A DNA stretch of 64,000 bases, from contig OZ024746.1 in assembly GCA_964016885.1 (NCBI GenBank), forward strand, positions 53,196,001-53,260,000. Reading direction: 5' to 3'. Within the stretch, counting starts at the first letter, position 1, and each line of letters opens with the position of its first letter. This document shows positions 28,518 to 42,365 of the stretch, one piece after another. The position numbers were made by a program, and so were the translations under genes. Below the pieces are notes generated by a model that was given only the letters and a program-made list of their open reading frames with translations, was not told where the DNA came from and searched no databases. Source of the DNA: Eledone cirrhosa (taxonomy: Eukaryota).

Positions 28518-29244
28518 TTTGGAAAGCCATTAAAATGATCCACTAATCATTCCCCATCATAATTCTTTTTCTTTCTTTTGAATAAAGGAGCCCTAATACT
28601 GAAATATGAAATAAAAGTTAAAAGTGTAAACAATTTTGTTTTTTTTAAATCACACTCTACCAGTTTTCATTCTTGTGTTTCTAGCTTGCATTGTACCAGA
28701 TCTCCCCAAACAACCCTAACCACATATTTCCCAATGCTTCATAGAAACTATATTGCTTTAAAAAACGAAGTTTATATTCCATTAAATAGAGGCTAGATAT
28801 TATTTTAGAGCTTCATTTGTTTTCTTGTTTTCTCGCTTTTTTGGGGGGAGGGGGGTAATTTTACACAGTTGATTGACTGGCTTTGCAGAACATTAAAAAT
28901 TATTTAGTAAAAAAAAAGTGATAACTACAATAAAAACAGCAGCAACAACAACTACAGCAACAACAAAGATGACCAAATGCAAGAAGAATAATAGTTAAAA
29001 TAAAACAAAATGTAAATAGAAATGAAAATACTTTTTTTTATCTAATTTGTGGTAACTTTAGTGTTCCAAGTTGATGAATTATTCACTCTCTAGCAAGTTT
29101 TATGTGTTTATCATATATTTGTTAAATGACTAAATGTACACAATAGAGGGAAATTCAGGGTAGCAACTGAGTGAATTATCAGCTTCAAACAAACATGTAC
29201 TTGTGTATTGAGCACTTTTCATTGCCTGTGCACTTATATATATT

Positions 29245-29299
<55 letters not shown>

Positions 29300-29714
29300 C
29301 AATCACTGGATACCACATCTGTCATGAATGATTCGCATAAGATTGATTGCTTTAATCCTTTAGCCTTTACTAGCGTGGAAGATAGACGTTAAACGATGAT
29401 GATGATGATTACTCTCTATTTGCTATTATATTTTCATGGTAAAGGCTTTACCTCACAATTATCTCACATGATATTAAATCTATGAGATTTTGATATTTAT
29501 TTTGAGAACAATACCTTAATATCAGTATGAGTGGCCTGTTACCACCGGTTTGAACAGAAAGATATGAGACAATTCTGGCCAGACACAGCTGGTTTAAATG
29601 CTAAAGGGTTAATTAATTTGTTGCATCATCGATTACCAACCCAATAAATAAATATATATAGATATATTAAATATATATAATATATTAATATATCCATGAT
29701 ATTGATAGATGGGT

Positions 29715-29885
29715 GAATGAGTACTCAATACAAAAGTAGATTTTAAGTATTCTTTATTATGTTTAAGTGATGAGTTTTGTTACTTGGCAGTTTCACCTTT
29801 GTACTCATGTGATCATCAGACAAATGTCCAATAATCATGTGAGTATACAGGTGAAACTTCAGTGCAACAAGTCACATCATCTAGA
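29715..29885 (-). other. Palindromic element with a hammerhead-ribozyme-like core (possible Penelope-like pLTR remnant)
   Basis: Minus strand 29824-29776 reads TTTGT-CTGATGA-N18-GAAA-CT-GCCA-AG-TA-ACAAA. Stems I and III pair; stem II is poor. Relatives at 5495-5625 and 59095-59275 share the flank motif agtactcaatac...gtaga. Confidence 0.5.
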
Positions 29886-30525
29886 AGATATATAAATTTA
29901 ATTTAAGGCCTCCATCAGTGACTAATGACTATGGTTTTGTATCTAGAAAGCTTCCTGCGAAAGCACAAGCACAAGCCTGGGAAAGGGTTGTTTCTGGAAG
30001 ACCAGCAGTCGCTCATGCATACCTGTCTTCACACCCCCAATGTTGTCCATTTGGAAAGGCAATGGCTGATACAACTTGGCACCAGTGATGTCACAGCCCA
30101 CTTCTACCATGTGAAATAGCAACGTAAAATAAAGTGTCTTGTTCAAAGACACAACACATCACCCGGTTCGAAAATCAAACTCCCAGCCTCTCAATTGCTC
30201 TAACCACTAATGTGTGTGTGTGTGTGTGTGTCTGTCTGTGTCTGAAGTATTTCCATACAAAAGGTAAAGGAAAGAAGAGTGCTCTATGCATAGTTCAGAG
30301 CTATTTAATTACATATCATTTCATTTTTTCATTACATATGTAATATATATATATATATATATATATATAACAAAGGAATTGTGGTAAGGAACCAGATGGA
30401 CCTTAACGCAACAGAGTACTCAATACTTAGGGTAGTAGAGTGGGAAATAGGAAAAAGAATGACCCCGACGGCTGTCCAGAAATAGCCGTCGAAACGGCTT
30501 GAGCTCTGCCGTCAGGGTCATACTT

Positions 30526-30562
<37 letters not shown>

Positions 30563-30870
30563 CATGCACACTGTGTGGAGCTTGTGTATTAATTATTTAA
30601 TTTTAATTTTTCACACATAAATAATTATCTTATGGATGTAGCAAACTATTATTATAAAATATGTATTGATAAACTAGGATGATGTTTTGTTTGTTTGATA
30701 TGTATGAGAGGATGAGAAAAGTTTAGAGAGAGCTCATGTGGTGACATTTTTGTCATAGGTAAAAGAAGAGAAAAAAAACCTAATACATAAACAGATCAAA
30801 ACTTCAGCAACAAAAATGTCTTGTTAACCTTGTCAATACCAACTTCTTGCTTTTGGATGAAACACTGTTT

Positions 30871-31070
30871 TAACACTTTAGCATTTAAACCGGCCATATC
30901 CAGCCAGAATTCTCTCACCTCTTTCTGTTCAAACTGGCCATAACCGGCTGCTCAAAATAAATAATATCAAAATCTTGTAGATTTCATATGCGAGATCATT
31001 ATGTGTAATAAACTGTTTACTGTGAAAATACAATAGTAAATATAGAGTAATGTAAATGCTAAAGGGTTAA
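30871..31070 (+). mobile_element. TTAA-flanked piggyBac-type MITE
   Basis: TTAA-(C/A)CTTTAGCATTTA...TAAATGCTAAAGGG-TTAA terminal inverted repeats. Further copies at 27396-27607 (+), 29350-29611 (-), about 36590-36779 (+), and 14867-15380 (split by SINE B insertions). Confidence 0.8.
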
Positions 31071-31389
31071 ACATTGTTTTAAACAAATCCCATCATAATT
31101 TTATGATATAAAACTGTATTTGTTAAAATTAAAAGCAAGTAGCTTAATAATGAAGTTATTTTGAAAATTCCCTCAAAATTAATATAGATAATTCAATAAT
31201 GATAAATAAAATGGAAGTCATGCAAGTATGGCTAAATGCCAGATAGCTTTTATATATAAGCTATATATATATAGCTTTTATATATATATATATATATATA
31301 AAAGCTATATATATATATATATATAAGCTATATATATATATATATATATATAAGCTATATATATATATATAACAGCTATATATAAAAGC

Positions 31390-31420
<31 letters not shown>

Positions 31421-31962
31421 TTATAAAACACAAATTAAAAGTTAGCACACAAGCAAAGAAGCATGCAAATGGTATCATTATTTGTTCAAATCCTGCTGAG
31501 GTCAACTTTGCCTTTAATCATATTGGGGTCACGTTTTGGGTGGGGATTGATAGCTTATCAACTCTCTGCCCTAACCCAAAATTTTAAGATTATATCAAAA
31601 GTAAAAAAAAATTATTACTATTGCAAGCCCCTACATTAATTTTCATTTACTTTTTACTCAGGATAATTCGAAAGAACATTTTCACACATTTAAATATTTT
31701 AGCCCAAATTAGCAAACTAATGGAAATTAGAGAGATGTAATTAAAAATAAATTAATTCAATAGATGATCAATTAATCTATTTAACTGAGTATAATAATTG
31801 AAGTGAGATAACTAACCAGTGGCAAAGAAGGCACCTCAAATAAGAGGAAAGTTATATCCAAAAATATATACCTTTTCAATAAATGTATTGAAAATAGAAT
31901 ATATACAATAAAAAAAATAAAATAAAAATAAAAATATACATGGAAAAAAAAAAAAAATCACT

Positions 31963-32004
<42 letters not shown>

Positions 32005-32515
32005 TAAGCACATGTATGTATGTATGTGTATATATAACTCAAGGTGATGTGTTGTTTGAGCTAAACAATCAACTGATTGATGTAATCAGAGGTAAGCACT
32101 CCATGTCATGGGTACCATAGGTACCGCATGGAGTATCAATATTAGGGAGAAAAAGAGAGATGGTATCATGTATACATCTTCAGTTTCACATTTCAAAGAC
32201 ATCAAAATCTTTATGTAACAGTTATTTGAGGTGTTGCCATCAGATAGGTATTTAAAAGTAATAGTATTTTGTTCGTTTTGATATGCTCACTATAGTAGAG
32301 AACTCGATTGTGACTGTTCATATGCTAGAGAGTCAACATCAAATCCATACTATAGCATGCATATCAAAAACAAAATCCTATTACATTTAAATACATGTTT
32401 GATGACAACACATCAAATAATTGCTACATAATGATGATGTCTTTGAAATGTGCATAAAAGGATGGTGTAAACTGAAGATATGTGATATCATCTCTCTTCT
32501 TTTTACTAATATATG

Positions 32516-32549
<34 letters not shown>

Positions 32550-33051
32550 CATATATTTTTGTGTGTGATCATTGTTTTCATATCCACATTGGGATAATTA
32601 TCTACCACACTTTGCGTTCCTTCATCGCCATGTGAGGTTCAGTTTGTGTAAGTATATGCGTGTGTGTGTGTGTGTGTATATATATATGTATGCATACAAA
32701 TATATATATGTGTGTGCATATGTATGTATATATTGTTTATAATATGAACAGAAACACGAAAATGCAAAATATACCTTATGTTAGAAATATGAAAGTTTTG
32801 TCATATATTTGTCACATGTAAGTTAAATGTCATTACATATCCAAACTTCAATAGTTTGTGCAATTAGCTATGCTCATCAGCAAACTACAGTGAAATATAA
32901 TCAGAGAATATCCATTCAGAGCCTAAGTTTGGCTGCATCAAACCTTTAAGTTTGGATACAAATTCTTCTGTACTACAAACATGTAAATGTGTTTGCAAGT
33001 AATAGGAAAAAAAAGGAAGATTATTCAATACACTAGGTAGTATATATATAT

Positions 33052-33087
<36 letters not shown>

Positions 33088-33741
33088 TACAATCGGTGAT
33101 AACACATCCAACCCTTGTTAGCAGAGAAAACAGGTATCAAATCAAGATATTATAATGTATGCATATATATATTATTGGTTTTATGCTTGATATAGTAGGA
33201 AAATAGTCCATCAGAAGAGAAAATGAGAAAGTTTGCCTTTTGCATACATATGTATATGCATACATTTATGTAAATACACATGCATATATGTATAATTAGA
33301 TCTAAACACAGAAAAAAAAACAAAAAACAAAAGAAAAAACGCACATATATACATATGTACACGCACATATATATACATTCTAATACGAAGTATCAAAGAC
33401 TACTCTTACTACATGGAAAATGATGATGACGAGACAGAACTAAAAAAAATATATGGAAAAGGGGGCGGGGAAAATGAAGAATGAAAGGATGATATCAACT
33501 GAAGAGGTAAAATGAAAAATGGGGAAAATAACCCCTACAAAAAGAGGGTTAACTTAGATAAAATAATATTAACAATAATGAAACAAAAATGAACAGCATG
33601 AATGAATAAGGTGCACAGAATTAAAACAACTAAAAAAAAAATTAGGTGTAAAAAAAGAAGCAGACGTTTTTTGGTGGGGGTCGGGAATGGGTAGGGTGGG
33701 CGATTTTTTTTTTAGTGATAAAATCTAAATCGATATTATAC

Positions 33742-33960
33742 CTGTGGTGCGATGAGTGAAATCCCGGGGTAAAGGTGAACTATTTATCGACAGTTGAGAT
33801 GGCTCAGTTCTTTGAATGGCAGAGGTCACATGACCGGCCACATGACTGGCTGGTGCTGCACCAAAGATCTCTGTAGCAGCGTAGAATGCAGGGGAAGCAT
33901 GGGGTAGCCGCTCGCTCGGTGTTGGGGCAGGGGTTGGCAAATAGCCAAAACTAGAGAAGC
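33742..33960 (-). CDS. msi: Musashi internal coding exon (219 nt, phase 1-1), Pro/Ala/Ser-rich low-complexity region
   Basis: Acceptor tattggcag|GC TTC TCT and donor ACA G|gtataa. Encodes (G)FSSFGYLPTPAPTPSERLPHASPAFYAATEIFGAAPASHVAGHVTSAIQRTEPSQLSINSSPLPRDFTHRTT (within ORF 33725..33967). Phases join the flanking exons in frame (G+GC=Gly, G+TG=Val). Confidence 0.82.
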
Positions 33961-34393
33961 CTGCCAATACAGCAAGTATGACATTTAATAAAGGAATCAG
34001 GTTTTTATTTTATATAAATATATATATATATTTATAGATTATTATCATTATTATCATTATTAATTTTAACATCATTGTTATTTTTGTTGTTTTTTTTTAA
34101 ATTATCATGATCATTATTATTATTATCATAATTATTTTTTTTATGATAAACATTGATTGCCGGCTGAATTAATTATAGAAATATAAAATATACTGAAGCG
34201 AAAACCAACCCCAACCAAACAGTGAGTGTGTTTTCCTATATATTTCTGACAATATAACAACATGACCCTCCCCAAATATAACAATTATTTTTTTTAATTT
34301 CACCAATTTTTTGAAGGATGAAAATCATTTGTAATCATGTTTTTTGTGATATATTTGCTGTTTTGAGATTGTTTTGGCAGGTCTATAACTACA

Positions 34394-34437
<44 letters not shown>

Positions 34438-34518
34438 ATATATATTCGTTTATATCATATATATATTATATATATATATGTGTGTGAGAGAGGGCAAGAG
34501 AGGCATACTGAGAAAGAG

Positions 34519-34574
<56 letters not shown>

Positions 34575-34907
34575 CATGAGTTGTGTTCTTTACGGTGATT
34601 TTGCCATCATAGCTATGATCATACTCGGGCACCACCTTTATATAAATATATGCATATATATGTAAGTAAGTATGTATATAAATATATATATAATATATGT
34701 ACATGTATGTATGTGTATGTATGTATGTATATGTATGTGTGTGTATGTATGTGTGTGTATATATATGTATGTAGTAAAATATCGGTGGAGGGGAAAAAGG
34801 AAAAAGTACCAGGATATTAGGACACAAATTTGAGATATGGTCAGAATTGAACCTTGAAACCTTAGGTAGCGCTTTTGTTACATGTACAAACATTAGTAAA
34901 TGGTGTG

Positions 34908-34943
<36 letters not shown>

Positions 34944-35428
34944 CATATTTATGCATTTATATATGTGTATGTATATATATATATATATATACATGTATAC
35001 ATATATATGCATGTGTATATATATATATGAGCATGTGTGTGAAATGTCTCATGTGGTAAAGAATTACATGTGCATGCGCGCATACACACACACAATGTAC
35101 AGTATGTATTGCTGTCATATATAAGCACATTCTTGTCCCATTAAGTTTCTTAGTGTGTATGTTTGTATGTATACATATATACACGTGTGTGTGTGTGTAT
35201 ATATATATACACACATTCACATGAACACACACATCTTATATACACATGGTATCACAGTACAAACACAAAAACAAAATGCCAACGATTGCAGGATGTGTAA
35301 ACCATAATGTTGTGACTGTGTAATGCCCATATATTTGAACGCAGAAAATAGAGAACAGAAAGCTCAATACAACAGATGAAGAGAGTGTGGGTTGTATGGG
35401 AACAGATTTAATGAAAACTCACATAAAT

Positions 35429-35792
35429 TAATTGTTTCTACTTTTGGCACAAGGCCAGCAATTATCCCAGTGCATTACTGGTACTTTATTTTATCAACTC
35501 CGTAAGGATGAAAGGCAAAGTTAACCTCAGCAGGATTTGAACTCAGACCTTAAAGGGCCATAACTCTTTGCGGCAAAGCATAGCGTCCGACCCTCTACCA
35601 ATACTGCCCTCACATAAATTAATGATTTCTGATTCAGGCACAAATTCAGCGATTTTGGGAAAGTTGATTAAATTGACCCCAGTGCATAGCTAACCTCGGC
35701 GGGATTTGAACCTTGGCGAGATTTGAATAATGTAAAGGGCCATAACTATGCCGCTAAGCATGTCTGACGCTTTACAATTCCGCCCAATCCAC
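35429..35792 (-). mobile_element. Two nested/tandem SINE A copies
   Basis: The younger copy is flanked by the 15-bp TSD ctcacataaattaat (35418-35432 and 35609-35623) and sits at the tail of an older copy. Confidence 0.85.
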
Positions 35793-35857
35793 AATGTAAA
35801 ATTGGTTTTTGATGCCACTACAAACAGTACCCAGTCAGTCCACACTATATGTTAGCC

Positions 35858-35888
<31 letters not shown>

Positions 35889-36887
35889 CATATATACATG
35901 TATACATATATATGTATACATGTATATATACATGTATACATGTATACATATACATGTATATATACATGTATACATATATATGTATACATGTATATATACA
36001 TGTATACATATATATATATACATGTATACATATATATATATACATGTATACATACACACACACACACACACACATAAATAGGTTATGCGAGATGAACTTG
36101 CACATATCTGACCAACAATGACTTTGTAATATCTATCATTTCTCTCTCCCTGAATCTTTCTTTTTCTCTCTTTATATATCAGAGGCATTCAGTAGCATTC
36201 ACCTTCTTTATCCTCACTAGAACATATGATCGAGCCGTGGACTCAGAAATCCATATCACGGGCAACCCATCTTGGAGAGCAATAATTTCAAAATATGAGC
36301 AGTTATAGAGTAGCAAGATACCATTTATTTTGCCCTGCATAGGATAATGTTCATGCTGGAAGCACAATAAATCATCCTATCCACACTGAAAGACATGCAT
36401 AACTTATTGTTTGCATAGTTTTCTCTGTTGCTATGCAGAAATAAGATGGTGATTATTAATCACACACAAGCATTTTTATGGCACTGGTTAACCTTGCAGA
36501 CCTTGTAATATACAACCATTTATAAGGCAATGTTTTACAATCAGTTGTCTTCTTGGCACCAACCATTTCATTTACTTCCGGTTTACAATTCTAACCGGAA
36601 TTCTTTCACCTCTTTCTGTTCAAACTGGCCACTCATACTGATGTTAAGGCATTGTTCTCAAAATAAATAATATCAAGATTTCATAGATTTGATATTATGT
36701 GAGATAGTTATTTGAGATAAAGCCTTTACCATGAAAATATAATAGTAAATATAGAGTAATATAAATGGTAAGGGGTTAAACCTTACACACACACACCTAC
36801 AGAGCAGAAATATATATGTTGCATAAAAATATACTACACTATGATAGGTGTTTAATCAGGCATGTCAGTCAGTCAAAGATATATCCT

Positions 36888-37190
36888 AATAATTGTTTCT
36901 ACTTTAGGCACAAGGCCAGCAATTACCCAGTGTAATACTGGTACTTTATTTTATCGACCCCGTAAGGATGAAAGGCAAAGTTAACCTCGGCGGGATTTGA
37001 ACTCAGATCGTAAAGGGACGTAACTATGCTGGAAAGCATAATAATTGTTTCTACTTTAGGCACAAGGCCAGCAATTACCCAGTGCATTACTGATACTTTA
37101 TTTTATCGACCCCATAAGGATGAAAGGCAAAGTCAACCTCAGCAGGATTTGAGGTTAACTTTGCCTGGAAAGCATAATAATAATAATAAG
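36888..37190 (-). mobile_element. Tandem SINE A pair
   Basis: Two head-to-tail, 5'-truncated copies, both ending at ggaaagcataataat. Confidence 0.8.
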
Positions 37191-37270
37191 GAGTGATTAC
37201 AACAGATGTCTCATGTAAGTAAAGAAAATTGTTTTGAAAATCTAAAAAAAAATATATTAACAAAAAAAAA

Positions 37271-37323
<53 letters not shown>

Positions 37324-37348
37324 TTTAAAAAAATTTTTAATTTATATA

Positions 37349-37385
<37 letters not shown>

Positions 37386-40233
37386 TAAAAAAATTTTTTG
37401 GATCTACATGGCTTTAAAAATGTGACTTGTTTGCATAATTGCAAAGAAATCGAATATCATTATTAATATTTGAAAACCTCAGATTACATTTATATATATT
37501 TATCCCAAAAGAAAAATACAAAAACAACAGCAAAGCATATGTAAAAGCAAAACTGAAAAAAAATCTTTAAAAAATACTACTACTATACTACAACAACAAA
37601 CAACAACAACTATTTTACTACGAAGGTGAAAAAAAAATACTAAACAGACAAGTTTTACTAACAGAATAAAGCAAAGAGGTTGGGGTGAATAATAGGCAGG
37701 TGGGTGCAGAATGTAACAAGAAAAATGTAATAATTATAAAAGTAATAATGTTGCATGCAAAGCCAGTTCAAACATTTGTAGATGATGGGGGAAGAATGGA
37801 TTAAAAATGTATGATACATTGATAAATTGCATTTCTAAAATACCATTGTAACCAGTATAATTTTGTGTTATCACACATATCTTAAAATTTAACCAAAATT
37901 CATTTGGTCCTTTTCAATTATTTGAAATTGAAAATAATTATAAAAAGCAATTAGAAATTTTTGTTGTGAAAATTAAAATATATTTTCTCTCCCAATATCT
38001 CATCCTATTTTGACAATTGACTACATAACAGCATAGAACTCCTTTGTTACAAAATTGCTGCTTGTTCTACTACACAAAACTATGTTTTAAAGTGTTTATA
38101 TTTTTCTAAACATATTCCATTATAATTTTATTTAAGAACCTTTGTTTAGTTATGATCCAAACACCAGCTTAATGATGGTAAAGTTATCTTTGATTATTTT
38201 CAAAATTATTTGAAAATCATTAGCAGTGGCTTTCATAAGAAAGTAATTAGTGTTTATGTTTATGTTTAATGAAAATCCTTCCATCATAGTTTTATGTAAA
38301 AACCTTTAAGTTGCAAATACCAGTTTAATAATAAAGTTATTTCACCAAAAAAGAAAAGAAGCCAAACATCTGATCAGTAAAGGAAACAATGTTTCCATTA
38401 GTCTTTCTATTGCTGATACCATTGGCTAGTCACAACCTTTGGCAGAACATGCAGCTTTACTCAATACAATGCACCATCCAGTCTAGGAATCGCGATTCTA
38501 ACATCCTAACTGCTAGGCATCCTAACACATGGCTTTTAATAAATTCCTCCAAATTCTTGATTATTTTCATTAATTAAATGAAAATCATAGGCAGTGATGT
38601 TCATTAGAAATATGGTAACAAAAGGGTTTTTATTATGACCCATAATTCCCAAAGTTATAAAACTTGTACCCAACAAAAATTATATTAATTTTATTTTAAA
38701 AATCTAAAAATAGAAAGTGAAAAAACAAAAACATACACTAAAATAATTTCTATAAAAAAAAAATCCCCAAAACAAAGTTCAAATTAAAAGGTGGATTGTA
38801 ACAAATAAAACAGAAAAGCTACTGAGAGGGTTTAATACTGTTGACGACAGAAACAATTCTGGAAGCAAGGACTCTGGTGAATATCATCTAAACAAAACTG
38901 ACCAAAAACAATAGGAAGCAAACAGGCAGTAATTAATATAATTTCTCGCATACACACACACAGATATACACACATATATTTCAAAGATTTTAAAAAAGTA
39001 AAAAAAAAATAAACACCCAAGTCTTAGATATATTTTTTTCCAATACTTGAAATCTTTATTCCAATAAAAGAATTTATATATATTTTTTTCATTTTCTCAT
39101 TTTTTTCTCATTTTTTAGAATTTTTTTATATTTCGTTAATATTTTTTTTTTAAAGTTCAGTTCATCACAAGGCCAATTGAAAGAGAGAGAGATAGAAAAA
39201 GGTGGGATATAGAGACAGAGAGATGGGAGATAGAGAATGGAACAAAAAAAACAAAAACATTGTAAATTGCAGAAAAGAACAACAACAACAGAAAAACAAC
39301 AAAAACAGATCTATCACCATATCTGAGGCAATCTGATGGAAATAGGAAGTGACACCCGCACACATATATCCCCACTCATACTGACACCTCCCCACAGGCA
39401 TTAACGAAGCCAGTCAACAACAATTGACACTAAAATCCTCCACTCCAAATATGGACATTTGTTGATTTTGTAAAATTAGATTTTTGTTTTCATTGTGTAT
39501 CTTTAATAAACATACTTGCATATATAAATGTGTATATGTCTGCGTATTTTCATCATCGTTTAATGTCCATTTTCTCATGCATTAAAGGTAAGAAATAGGA
39601 GAAAAAAGTACTCAATACTGGAGGTAGAGTATAAAATGGTTGACTGAAGATATAGATGGTAATTTTTGTTTAAACTTGTAGTTTCAGTCAGTTTTGTTGT
39701 GACTGACTAAATTTATATCTATTTTATACACACACGCACAATAAATATATATATATGCATTTGTGTGTGTGTAAATATATATAATTAGTCAAAGCTGACA
39801 GAGGGAAGGCTGCTGAGCTTTGAACAAATGTATAAACTACAATATGTATTGTGTACTTTTTCAACTATTTATTAATTCAAATGTGAATGTGTTTGTGTAT
39901 ATATATATATATATTTCATGTCACTGTTTCTTAGTGATGTGTCTTGTACTGGAGGAGTATATTAAGTTTCAACAGGAGTGAGGAGGTGGTGGTGGTATGA
40001 GTAAATGTGTGTAATGGTGTGTAAGTGTGTATGTACGAATGTGTGAATGTGTAAGCATGTATGGCGTATGGGTTTCTCTGTAGGCCTTACATGTAGTTAT
40101 TTATTAAAGTATCTTTCCAAATGATACTTATATTGTAAAACAAGGTTCACTTGAGACAGAACATGAACTATACACATGAATACACATGTATTCATGCTAC
40201 ATGTGTATATAAACACACACACACACACATGTG

Positions 40234-40265
<32 letters not shown>

Positions 40266-40841
40266 CACATATATATATATATTTATATGTATATAGATAC
40301 ATATACACACACACACATGTATATATATGCATATATATATACACACATATATATATATACATATATATATATGCATATATATACACATATATATATATGT
40401 GAATATACATACATACACACACAGACTGAAAAGTGTATCATTAAGAAGATCTATGTAAAATATGTGCATATGCACAAATACATACACATACTCGGGCACA
40501 CACACACGTGTGTGTCTGTGCAAATTTAAATAATATGACCATGGGTATGTGTGTGTATATATATATATAGTCATATGTACATGATGCATATACACTTTGT
40601 AATTCATACTTCAAGATGAGTATACATATGTATACATTGTGACTGTGTATGTATGTATGTATATGCGCATTGAAACTGATAACTCATACGATTAGTACTC
40701 GGTTTTTCATTTTTTGTACAATAATATTCGTACACAAATAAGAAACTCTGAGTAGCAACAGAGTAAGTTGTCAGCTTAATATGAATTATATGTTTCTAAC
40801 ATATGAATTATATGTTTCTAACATGTACATTGTACATGTAT

Positions 40842-40874
<33 letters not shown>

Positions 40875-40884
40875 CATGTGTATA

Positions 40885-40955
40885 TATTAGATCGTCAAAT
40901 ATGAAATTTGTAGAAAAAACAAATTTCTACAAATTTCATATTTGACGGCCCAATA
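40885..40955. mobile_element. Minimal Tc1/mariner-like TIR-only element in (TA)n
   Basis: tattagatcgtcaaatatgaaatttgt...acaaatttcatatttgacggcccaata; arms of about 30 bp, TA flanks. Confidence 0.55.
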
Positions 40956-40983
40956 TATATATATATATATATTTATGTGAGTA

Positions 40984-41439
40984 TCTAAACTATAATAAAG
41001 TAAGGAGCGTGGGACTGCGTACAGTTTATAATTTTTTATCCCATTAGTAAAATAAGTTGGATTACTTTGAATAAATAATGAATGAATATTACATAATTTA
41101 TCTACTAAATTTCGTGGATGTTGATTAAATATATTTTGTTTATTTAAATATTCACTTCTTTAAAATTTCTGAAATGTCAACACTTCCGGTTGGCCATCGC
41201 TTAAATAAACATACTAATTTTATTGTCACTATTTTCTCCTAATGCAGTTTATATATAATATCGTCTTTTTTAATGTTTCATGGATTACGTTGCTAATTAC
41301 ATATGTATTATATATTGTCAATTCCGATTTTATTTGATGTATCATATCTACATGTATATATACTTGCGTATAATATCAATATACACACTACACATGGTAG
41401 CAGAAAACCACCCGAAGGGAAGGGTGGTTTTTCTGCTAG
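40984..41439 (+). mobile_element. Non-autonomous Helitron
   Basis: Begins A|TCTAAACTATAATAAAG, ends with the hairpin gcagaaaaccaccc...gggtggtttttctgc and CTAG|T; A/T insertion site with no TSD. Confidence 0.85.
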
Positions 41440-41557
41440 TACACATAATTTTATAATGGGCATTTATATAAATTGTATATTTCTTCATACAAGAATATAT
41501 ATATTATCCATACAAACACAAACATATGTACATATATACATACTAGCTATAGATAAT

Positions 41558-41559
<2 letters not shown>

Positions 41560-41610
<51 letters not shown>

Positions 41611-41769
41611 GAGAGAGAAACACATACATATACATAAAAATACATATATGTATACATACACACACATGCATGCACACATATATATATACATATACACACA
41701 CACAGATATATGTATATATATACACACACACATATATATATACACATACACACACACACATACACACAC

Positions 41770-41814
<45 letters not shown>

Positions 41815-42328
41815 CACATACATACACACATTCAGTGTTTTTGTGTTTTTCTTTTTAATTCATTTAAATTGTAGAAAATGAAATTTCAGATATTGCTTTA
41901 ACGATATTGTTGGCACCGTGTTTTAGCAAAGGTTAAAAAAAAAAAAAAACATGGGGGAGGGGGGGGGGGACAATAAATAAACCTAACAAACACACACCTG
42001 CCCAGTAACAGTCAAACAGTGTATAACCATACACACATGTAGACATATTTATATACGCATGCATATATATATATATACACACACACATACATACATATAT
42101 AAATATACACATATATAAATATACACATATATACATATATATACACATATATACATATATATACACATATATAAATATACACATATATAAATATACACAT
42201 ATATACATATATAAATATACACATATAAATATACACATATATACATATATAAATATACACATATATACATATATAAATATATATACATATATATACATAT
42301 GTATATATACATATATAAATATATATAC

Positions 42329-42365
<37 letters not shown>

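Noticed and set aside
33951-33952. Second AG 10 nt inside the 219-nt exon
   Set aside because: It would shift the frame, whereas the upstream CAG gives the in-frame, homology-consistent junction.
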